A program made the position numbers and the translations under genes. DNA of 64,000 bases, taken from the NCBI GenBank assembly GCA_044892505.1, contig CM097883.1, positions 216,380,001 to 216,444,000 on the forward strand. Reading direction: 5' to 3'. Shown piece by piece: positions 55,961 through 64,000 of this stretch (its first letter is position 1; every line of letters starts with the position of its first letter). A model generated the notes under the pieces. It saw only the letters and a list, made by a program, of their open reading frames with translations. It made no database searches and had not been told where the DNA came from. The DNA is from Schmidtea nova (lineage: Eukaryota).

Positions 55961-58900
55961 GCGTCGGCTGGATTCTTTTCGATGTATTGTGGTGCTTGGT
56001 TCTTATACACTTGTCCTCCCTTATAGTCGTCATCGTCATCATCGTCGTCACTCGAATCATTTTGGGTTTTATATCCTTTCATCCTCTCCCATAAACCTTT
56101 TCTTTCTCTCTTGAGCTGTTGTCTTGCTTGTTCGTCATTCATTATCTTTTTAAATTTTCGTCCTACTTCTTCATCTGTTCCCTTCATTTTTGCGAGTATC
56201 TTCAACAATCTCTTTATTCGATGTATGTCCTTTGAGTGTCCGTGCAACACCATCGTTTTCGCAAGGAATGGTAAAAACCCTACTACCATTTTCCAATTCA
56301 CTTTCTTTTCTCTCTTGTAGATGTCAAAACACGCGAGCATTTGCGTTATTATCACTCTGACGATTTGTATTATTAATATAACCCCCAGTATTCCAGCCAT
56401 CATTTGTCCGAATATCAGAAATCTTCCCCACATTGCTTTCATCATATTTTCTGTGGCTTTCTTGAAATGTGCTGGTGACAACAACAGCTCATAATTCGGT
56501 CCTTCTCGATAATTCGTTCCTCCCGTTATCGTTACGATATTTGACAGTAATGCTTCTCTTCTCGCTGGAAATAATATATTCTGCCTTGCTGCTTCTAAAT
56601 CCTTTGGACTATATATTCCGTTGTTTGAGACATCTACGTCGCTGAATTGCCTATCCTTTGACAACTGCATTAATTCGAATTCTCTTGGTGCTATCACTTC
56701 GGATCTTCCTGGGAACATAACCCATTTACCATCTGGTTTCTGATAAAGCGGTCCATACGCATTACTACAGTTGAATGGATTTGGTTCAAACCCTGGTGGA
56801 TTGATGATTCTCGTCACCGGTTGAACGTATCGTACTTTTCCTTTGTAGTCGATTTCTAACTCATTTGTACAGGTTCCAGGTTTCAACTGCGTTGTTGCTG
56901 CTAGCGACGCGTGTGTCTTTTCGCAAATGTATACGTACATTGCTTCTCCAACCACTCTTCCGAAATGTCCTTCTCTCAGTGGTAATAATGGCATCGCGCT
57001 ATCTGGATTCGTAATCGCTACGGCCAACTTCGTCTTTAATATTTCTCGATTCAGTATACAATCATTATTTATCAGATCGTAGTACACTTTTTGTAATGAG
57101 GCTTGTCCTCTATGGAATAGGAAATCCATTTTATTATTCACATACAAGTGTAGTTTGATATCCATTGTGTCGATTTTGGGTTTCGCATTCGGCACTTCTT
57201 GTTTTGACACATATATTCCTGGGTAATTCGTTTCGTATACCGTTGTACTACACTTAAGGGTTGCTTTCCCTTTTATGAACCTCATTCCCACATCCTGATT
57301 TGTGGTTATCAACACTGTTGGTGTGGCTCTCATCTCTATCCGTTTTTCTCTATGATCTGGTTTCAGTTGTCTTTTATTCTCTAAAGCTTCCTTGAGATGC
57401 TTTGCTCTAGCTTTGTCGTCATCGTCTTCTTCCTGGAACGTTTTTCCTTGAATTTCGTCGAACTGTGCTCCTTGTAGCAGTTGTAATTGACATTCGTTCA
57501 CCTTTGGTTTGTATACTAATGTTGACATTCCCGTTTGACACATGCTCCTGTCGATTTTACACATGGATAACGTTTTCATTTCTCCCGTTGTTGGTTCGAA
57601 GAATGCTTCGTAGCTTTTTAGTTCGACTATATACGTATCCATCACCACTAAGTTGGTTGCGGGTACTCCGAATATCGGGTAGGTTTCTCCATGACAATAT
57701 CCTTCTCCTCCCGTAATCCGTCCTGCTACATAGTATGTCTGTTGCAGCATCATTCCTGGCTTTCCTCTTATCTTGATTTTATCTCTTGTTGTTACTTCTC
57801 CATGTTTAAACAGTGCTTCGCAGTCTTCTCCTTGTAACATGATTGGTTCTCTTTCCGTTCCTGGCATGACAATTGCTGAATAATGTCCTCTCCCGCAGTA
57901 GAATGCGAATCTCGTCTTCTGCACTTTACATTCATTCACCATTGTCTTTATGAGTTCTGCTTCTTGATACACGTGGTACCATTGTTCCTTTTTAATCTTT
58001 TGCAACTCTACTGGAGTTGCATCTTTGCATTGCTCCGTACCTCTCAATGAATACTTTTCTCCTAACTTCATTTGGTCGCAATCAAACACTTCGAATGCTG
58101 TTGCGCTATCGGTGCTAATCATCCATATCAACATCATCATTATTATAGAGCTCAAATTCATTGATGACTTCGCGTTTCCTGTTCCTGCTTGTTCTTTTTC
58201 TAACTCTTCTAATATTTTTTCGAATTTCTTTTTCATATTCTTGGCTTGCGTTTTCTTCTGGTTAGTTTTTATAAATGTTTCCCATCCTCCTTTGTTAATG
58301 ACGTATGGTTCTATTTCTCTGGCTATAATTTTTGCGGTATTTTTTATATGTCTCTCTAATGCAGTGGGTTTTGGTCGACCTCTACTCAGTGTCAACAGAT
58401 TGTAGATCGTGTATGCAATGGCTATTACGTATTTATTATCAGTTTCCGCTCCTTCTGTCAATTTCTTTATTAACGTGGTGGTTCCTTGCCAGTCTAGATG
58501 ATTTGACTTCGTCTTTTCTTTTATGAATTCCGGTAAGATGGGTGCGATTGCGCTGTGTAGTGACTTCGCCTTTTCGCTTATTTCAGTTATCCGCCAGTAT
58601 TTTCTCAATTCCGGATCAATTATTGCCAATATTTCCATTATTGTTTTCGATATCCATTCCTCCCCTTGACATATTGGTGTTGTCTCTTTTTCTTTCATCT
58701 CCGCAATTTTATTTAGTTTCCTTAGGCATAATTCCCATTGATCTTGTCTCTTTTCATCTTTATTTCTTATAACTACAGTTGCTGGATCTGTCTTAGGTCT
58801 ACCTCGAGGTCGTCTATCCATTCCTGTACCTGTTTCCACAAACCTTGTTGCCCGTCCGGTTTCTTCCGTGACATCTCTTGGTTCGTTAGCTCTTTCCTCT

Positions 58901-61900
58901 AACCATCTTTCCATTTCTTGTGTTAATTGTATATTTTCGACATTCGCTCCTCTCGTTTCGTCTTCTGTCAAATCGTTTACTTCTTCTATTATTATTTCTT
59001 CTTCGACTTCTGTTTCTCCGGTGTTGGTTACTTGTATTGTCGTAGGTAGTTCTTGTATTCTTTCGAAAATGTTATCGTCTTTTTCCTTTGTTAATTCGGT
59101 TAGCTCTTCTATCATATCGTCGCTATCCGTCAAAATTTCGTCTACGTCGTATGGTTGTGGTGGAGTCATTTCTCTATTCCCTCTGGATGTTGTCTCAGAT
59201 CGTCTTGAACTTGTCCCTGGCGTTAGTACTGATTTCATCGGGCTCGGCGTACTTATACTTCCGTGTGGTTTATGGTTTTCTTCTTTACGTTTCAATGGTT
59301 GCCCCGCTATTGCTTCCACTGTCAGGGTATTCATGAGATCTAGTTGTGCTGGCGTTATTCCAATTTCCAAACTGTTATCTAATGATCGTCCTTGGTGTTG
59401 TAAATGGAATGGTGGTTCGTATCTCAATTTCTTTTTAATATCTCGAATTTTTTCTGCTATTCCAACCCACAATTCCTCCTTATCCTTGTTTGGGTATATT
59501 ATTCTTAAATGTACCTTTTGTGGAATTTCTTGCGAGAATTCTTGATTTCTCCATTTCCTGATTACGTGGTCTAGTTGTTCCGGGCACCACTCGTTAACTC
59601 TTTTATATTCCGCGATTGCTTTTGCTACTTTACGCAAGCATGTTATATCCTCCCCATTTACCACGAAAAAATCTGCGAGACCCTTTATTACTTTTCTCTT
59701 ACCGTGCGCATTAGTTTTTAATATTTCGACAAATTCTTCCGTTTTTTGCTTTTCCCTTTCTAGCCACATAGCCGCGGTTTCTGGTCCATCTAGGTCTATT
59801 GGCGTAGCTTTCCTTGTCACCATGCAAACTCTTCCTATCTCTGGTTCGCAGTCATCTTCAATTCCTCTTTTATATTCTTCTTCATATTCCCCTTCTTTTG
59901 GTTCCCAACATTTTCCTTTCTCGTTCCATTGTTTTTCTACGGGTGTTTGTATTCGTCTGTTGAGATTGAGTTCTTCTAATACGTTTTCCCACTCTGGCCA
60001 ACTTCGCCAATTTCGATAAATTTCTACTATTTGTTGTAATTTACGCACAACTTTTTTCCGTCGTTCCCGTTCTCTTTTCTCGTCTTTAGCAGTTTCTCTG
60101 GGTGTATCGTTCATTCTGCTAACGTGGATGGTTTGGTGATTATCCCATATACCGATTTTGTATAGTCGTCTCTCATCGTGATCCCATAATACATGTTCGT
60201 TGTATTGTATGATTATGTCGTCTTCCCATTCGTCTTCTGGTTCTCTTTGCACTAGTGTCTCGTTAATGACATTTATTAATTCTTTAATGGTGCAATCCGC
60301 TACCACTTCAATTTCTTTGGTGTCTTCATTAGTCAATTCTACTGAAATTTTTAGATCCGTTATTTGCCCTTGTCTAAACATTGTTTTTCCCATTTTTGCG
60401 ATTAATTTGTCGTGTGAGATCTGTGACCATCTCGTGTGGCTTGTGTCACGTATGCACTCAATACATCGTTTCAATTTCTCGTATTCGCTTCTCATTAACT
60501 CTTTTCTATGTTTTTTGACTTGTGGTATGATTTGTTCTATCAGGGAATTTAGATTCTTTCGTAAGACTCGTTCTTTCTCGTATTCTAACCGTGGTTTTAT
60601 TCTCCTTTCGAAGCACGTGTTTGCTTCCCTTGCAACTTCTTGTAGGTTCTCTTCTTCCTTTTCATCACATATTGATAACAGGGTTATTTCTCCTGGCCAT
60701 ATACCTGTTTCTACTAAGTGCGTTCTTTTCTTTACGAGTCTATTCTGCGAATAGATGAATTTGTTTTTATATGAGCTCCCTAGCCTGTTCTCTACCCATC
60801 TGTAGATATCGTCTGTAAATGGAGTTTTAATCCAGATTCTTGGTGTAGATGTATTTATTATTATTGAGATGGTGTAATTGAGGAGTGGTTCCTCTATTAA
60901 TTTCCCTACGTATCGATTCAACATGTCTACTTCCCGGTCTTGTAACCATTCTTTGTAGTTCATTTGTAATAATGCTTTCATGAATTTCCGGTATTGTTTC
61001 TTATCCATGAACTCTTCGTTATATATTACTTCTAGCGAGTTATCTAGTAATTTCTGGATTTCATCTACTTTTATCTGTGTAGGTTCTGAGGTCTTTACTA
61101 CTTTTCTCTCTTTATTTTCGTCTTCGGATTCGTTTAATATGTCTCCTGCTAGGCTACTGATGTCACTATCTTCTTCCTCATCGGAAAACTCTCTGGTGGT
61201 ATTTCTTAACATATTAATATGTGCTATTTGGTTCGTTTTCCCTTGTATATTCTCCGTTGGTTTTGTTTTGTTTTTTCTGATTTCTGGTGTTAGTTCATTT
61301 TTGTCCTCTATTACTTCGACTTTTTCCATTTTCTTTCCCAACTCGTCTATCTCTTTTAAACGTCTTCTTATCATTTTTCCTTCAAATATTCGCCTGATTC
61401 GGGTTTCGTGACGTATTGGTGGTGGAATTTCTTCTGGTTCTATTTCTTTAATAATCATCACGTTTCTTTTTGTTTCTACTACTCCCAAGTTTTCCCATAT
61501 GTCCGTTAATTCCAACTTTACTTTTGGCGCACCTTCTATTTGTAGGAACGCTTCTCTGGGCAGTTTCGTTACTCCTGGGACCATCTGGTTTACTTTGTTG
61601 AATAATATTCCCACTTCTTCTTTTACGTTATACTGGAATCTAAACACGGATTTGTTGGGCATGATTACCATCATTCCTCTTTTCCAAATCTCCTTTCCTT
61701 CTTCCTGGTTTATCTCGGTTTCCACTTCCTTTTTTGTTTCTTTTTCTACTTCTTCATCTTTTTGTACTATCTCTTTTCGACTTTCGTTGTCGGCTGGATT
61801 TGGGTCTATCGAATTTATTTCCGGTGTGGTTTCTTTCTCGTGGTTATCTGTTTGCTTTATTGCTCTCATCATGTTAATTCTTATAGGTTGTCGTTCTCTT

Positions 61901-63669
61901 TCTTTCTGTTTTTGTTCATCCTCTCTTTGTATTCTTGCCCATTCCTGAGCATGTCGTGCTTGACTTTCTCGATTCAATCGTTCGTTTTCGCTTTCTATTT
62001 TTCTCATCATGTTAATTTGCTGTTGATTGATTTGCGGATTTCCTCTCGTCGTATTGTTTATAAGTTCCGTCAACCTTTGAACTTCTTGCATCAAATGTAT
62101 TTCTTTGGTGGTGGTTTTGTTCTGACTATTGTTATTATTGACTTGTTGGTTCCCATAATCTGGTCGGTTTACGGTATTTGTTTGATTTCCGTAATTTGGT
62201 CGGCTCCCATTACTCTGCCAGTTTCCTCGCTGATTACTTTTTTGTCCGCAATTTCTTGAATAGTGACCAGGTCGTCCGCAATTAAAACAGATTATTGTAG
62301 AACATCTGCTTTCCGAGTGTCCTTTAACTCCACATTTTCCGCAATTCAAATTTTGATAGCATTCTTGCTGCCAGTGTCCCAACTTCCCGCATGTTTTACA
62401 TTGTTTTGTTTGTCTTTGAGGGTTGTAATTGTTTTGGTTTTCAAAGTTCTGCACTTTATTTCCTTCATTCCTTCGTTGAGGGGGTGGTCGGTTTAATTGT
62501 TGCGAATTTGGAATGTGATTGTTGAGATTTACCTCTGGTTCGGTTTGTGCTGTGTCCATGGCTAAATAAATTCTGCCCTCACTTCCTATCATATGCAATT
62601 CGAATCTGTTAGCTGTTTCTAACGCTTGATCAATGGTCTTGCATCCTTGGCATCCAACTTGCGCTCTTATGTCGGGTCTTCTTAATCCTCCTATGAAGAT
62701 GGCTGCCATTAACTCCTCGTTTATTGGACCTCCATCCTTGAATACCGATTTTGCTAATTTTTTCAGTTCACTTGCGTATACCGCATTAGATTCATTCATC
62801 TTTTGTTTCCTCATTGAAAATTCTATGAATGCCTCGCTTAGCACTTTATTTATTCCAAATGTTTGTTGGAAAAAATCCTTTATCGCTGTCCAGCTTGTAG
62901 GTGGATTGGTACCATTTTTCGCTTCCAAATATAGGTCCAATGCACTATCTTTCAAATATAACTGAATTCTGCTTACTGTTGTTTCCGCTTTCCACTTGCA
63001 TACTTCTACGAATATGCCAAATTCTTTTAAAAAGGTTTCTAATTTACTCGCATCTCCGTTAAACGGTTCTCCTGAAAATTTATCCTTTATTTCTTCTCTT
63101 GGTTCACCCATTTCAATTCCGCTGTCTTGAGTTATTTTACTTTCGTTTCCTCTTGTTTCTAGTTCGTTGTTATGTTCGTCTTCTGTTTCACTCGAGCTTG
63201 AATCGCTTTCTGTTTCTCTTATTACTTCGTTATCCGATTTTATACTTTCGTTATCACTCTCGTTGATTTCTATCTCTGGTTCTACCTCGTTTTCTACTTC
63301 TTCGATATTATCGTTGTTAGTTTCGTCGATCTCTCCTTCTTGTTCTATCTCGTGTTCTATTTCTTCGATATTATCGTTGTTAGTTTCGTCGCTTTCTATT
63401 TCACTTGTTTGGTTCTCCTTGGGTTCCGCTTGGTTTTCTTTGTTACTTGAGCTGTTGCTTACTATTGACAATTTATCGTTTTCGATAATCGATTTATCTC
63501 TTATTATTCTCCTCGCTTTACTCCCTTGTGGGTTCTTGTTGTTATCTTTGCCGGCTTTCTGCTTTTTTGTTGTTTTTGTTGTTGTACTAATTTTGTCTTT
63601 TTTGTTAATATTGCTGCCGACTTCCTTTTCCGTTGGCTTTACTACGACAATCTTTGCTCCTTTTCTCAA
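55885..63669 (-). CDS. ORF1 polyprotein (2594 aa): Gag, accessory domains and envelope glycoprotein
   Basis: Capsid-like region from MGEP (63111; FNGD...LETFL...LYLKDSALDLY); three CX2CX4HX4C knuckles at 62401-62248; signal-like MNLSSIIMMMLIWMIS then AFEVFDC; Cys-rich ectodomain and TM at ~56425-56330. No ATG at the ORF 5' end. Confidence 0.9.
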   Translation of the reverse strand: MRKGAKIVVVKPTEKEVGSNINKKDKISTTTKTTKKQKAGKDNNKNPQGSKARRIIRDKSIIENDKLSIVSNSSSNKENQAEPKENQTSEIESDETNNDNIEEIEHEIEQEGEIDETNNDNIEEVENEVEPEIEINESDNESIKSDNEVIRETESDSSSSETEDEHNNELETRGNESKITQDSGIEMGEPREEIKDKFSGEPFNGDASKLETFLKEFGIFVEVCKWKAETTVSRIQLYLKDSALDLYLEAKNGTNPPTSWTAIKDFFQQTFGINKVLSEAFIEFSMRKQKMNESNAVYASELKKLAKSVFKDGGPINEELMAAIFIGGLRRPDIRAQVGCQGCKTIDQALETANRFELHMIGSEGRIYLAMDTAQTEPEVNLNNHIPNSQQLNRPPPQRRNEGNKVQNFENQNNYNPQRQTKQCKTCGKLGHWQQECYQNLNCGKCGVKGHSESRCSTIICFNCGRPGHYSRNCGQKSNQRGNWQSNGSRPNYGNQTNTVNRPDYGNQQVNNNNSQNKTTTKEIHLMQEVQRLTELINNTTRGNPQINQQQINMMRKIESENERLNRESQARHAQEWARIQREDEQKQKERERQPIRINMMRAIKQTDNHEKETTPEINSIDPNPADNESRKEIVQKDEEVEKETKKEVETEINQEEGKEIWKRGMMVIMPNKSVFRFQYNVKEEVGILFNKVNQMVPGVTKLPREAFLQIEGAPKVKLELTDIWENLGVVETKRNVMIIKEIEPEEIPPPIRHETRIRRIFEGKMIRRRLKEIDELGKKMEKVEVIEDKNELTPEIRKNKTKPTENIQGKTNQIAHINMLRNTTREFSDEEEDSDISSLAGDILNESEDENKERKVVKTSEPTQIKVDEIQKLLDNSLEVIYNEEFMDKKQYRKFMKALLQMNYKEWLQDREVDMLNRYVGKLIEEPLLNYTISIIINTSTPRIWIKTPFTDDIYRWVENRLGSSYKNKFIYSQNRLVKKRTHLVETGIWPGEITLLSICDEKEEENLQEVAREANTCFERRIKPRLEYEKERVLRKNLNSLIEQIIPQVKKHRKELMRSEYEKLKRCIECIRDTSHTRWSQISHDKLIAKMGKTMFRQGQITDLKISVELTNEDTKEIEVVADCTIKELINVINETLVQREPEDEWEDDIIIQYNEHVLWDHDERRLYKIGIWDNHQTIHVSRMNDTPRETAKDEKRERERRKKVVRKLQQIVEIYRNWRSWPEWENVLEELNLNRRIQTPVEKQWNEKGKCWEPKEGEYEEEYKRGIEDDCEPEIGRVCMVTRKATPIDLDGPETAAMWLEREKQKTEEFVEILKTNAHGKRKVIKGLADFFVVNGEDITCLRKVAKAIAEYKRVNEWCPEQLDHVIRKWRNQEFSQEIPQKVHLRIIYPNKDKEELWVGIAEKIRDIKKKLRYEPPFHLQHQGRSLDNSLEIGITPAQLDLMNTLTVEAIAGQPLKRKEENHKPHGSISTPSPMKSVLTPGTSSRRSETTSRGNREMTPPQPYDVDEILTDSDDMIEELTELTKEKDDNIFERIQELPTTIQVTNTGETEVEEEIIIEEVNDLTEDETRGANVENIQLTQEMERWLEERANEPRDVTEETGRATRFVETGTGMDRRPRGRPKTDPATVVIRNKDEKRQDQWELCLRKLNKIAEMKEKETTPICQGEEWISKTIMEILAIIDPELRKYWRITEISEKAKSLHSAIAPILPEFIKEKTKSNHLDWQGTTTLIKKLTEGAETDNKYVIAIAYTIYNLLTLSRGRPKPTALERHIKNTAKIIAREIEPYVINKGGWETFIKTNQKKTQAKNMKKKFEKILEELEKEQAGTGNAKSSMNLSSIIMMMLIWMISTDSATAFEVFDCDQMKLGEKYSLRGTEQCKDATPVELQKIKKEQWYHVYQEAELIKTMVNECKVQKTRFAFYCGRGHYSAIVMPGTEREPIMLQGEDCEALFKHGEVTTRDKIKIRGKPGMMLQQTYYVAGRITGGEGYCHGETYPIFGVPATNLVVMDTYIVELKSYEAFFEPTTGEMKTLSMCKIDRSMCQTGMSTLVYKPKVNECQLQLLQGAQFDEIQGKTFQEEDDDDKARAKHLKEALENKRQLKPDHREKRIEMRATPTVLITTNQDVGMRFIKGKATLKCSTTVYETNYPGIYVSKQEVPNAKPKIDTMDIKLHLYVNNKMDFLFHRGQASLQKVYYDLINNDCILNREILKTKLAVAITNPDSAMPLLPLREGHFGRVVGEAMYVYICEKTHASLAATTQLKPGTCTNELEIDYKGKVRYVQPVTRIINPPGFEPNPFNCSNAYGPLYQKPDGKWVMFPGRSEVIAPREFELMQLSKDRQFSDVDVSNNGIYSPKDLEAARQNILFPARREALLSNIVTITGGTNYREGPNYELLLSPAHFKKATENMMKAMWGRFLIFGQMMAGILGVILIIQIVRVIITQMLACFDIYKREKKVNWKMVVGFLPFLAKTMVLHGHSKDIHRIKRLLKILAKMKGTDEEVGRKFKKIMNDEQARQQLKRERKGLWERMKGYKTQNDSSDDDDDDDDYKGGQVYKNQAPQYIEKNPADAWKCYAPPPTMYQEPLQGGKIAQCK

Positions 63670-64000
63670 GGGGATTACTTTTGTATTCTCAATTTTCTTG
63701 TCCTATCTCTTATCGTATTCTGATTCTTCTTGCTTGATTGATTGATTTGATTGATTTGTATATTTAAAATACAAAGGTCCTCAACGATACATTATTGTTA
63801 TCGTCGCGCTTTTATTCCCTTTCTTTCGGGATTACTTATTACTGGGTTTTCATTATTTCCCCATTCCCAGATTCTCCTTTATTTTTAGTCTATTTAAATT
63901 ATCTATAGACTGGTCACAATTATCTATTTATGTCGTAATAATTATCTATACTTTATAAATCAATTACTTTTCCCACAGTTGCCCAATTTATTGGTCGCTC

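Larger units (their letters stand above)
24174..64000 (-). mobile_element. Giant Ty3/gypsy-type LTR retroelement (over 22 kb excluding the nested Maverick), 5' end beyond the window
   Basis: gag then PR-RT-RH-IN order. Uniform A-rich coding strand from ~25 kb to 63.7 kb on both sides of the Maverick. The integrase reads through when the Maverick and one TSD copy are removed. Confidence 0.9.

Noticed and set aside
25620-63745. Many plus-strand ORFs rich in F/L/S/I opposite the retroelement (for example 27445-28509, 32504-33739, 58868-59545, 63167-63745)
   Set aside because: Antisense shadows: the A-rich coding strand leaves few stops on the T-rich strand, and none shows an independent motif.

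Overview
AT-rich eukaryotic (probably compact animal) genomic DNA with 38-54 nt spliceosomal introns and two N gaps (13096-13303, 50985-51833). The only clear host gene is SF3B3 (minus strand, 4 exons, 1217 aa). Most of the window is nested mobile DNA. (1) A giant Ty3/gypsy-type LTR retroelement on the minus strand runs from about 24.2 kb past the right edge and is more than 22 kb long without the insert. ORF1 is a 2594-aa polyprotein: Gag with 3 CCHC knuckles, four ubiquitin-like domains, a Bcl-2-like domain, then a signal peptide and a chuvirus-like envelope glycoprotein, so env lies upstream of pol. Pol (3104 aa when restored) continues past integrase into ankyrin repeats and two duplicated FN3-like membrane modules. 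Four closely spaced downstream genes follow, one of them an intronless TRAF. (2) A complete Maverick/Polinton (35137-52916; TIRs over 1.08 kb; 6-bp TSD TCCATT) is inserted in that integrase. It has all core genes, tiny introns, a TBP-like gene and TIRs packed with AP-1/CRE sites. (3) Three other Maverick pieces: PolB plus right end, an MCP scrap, and a left TIR plus RING gene. (4) A mariner fragment and a dispersed orphan ORF family with a conserved downstream motif. All protein assignments come from motif recognition by eye; no database searches were run.
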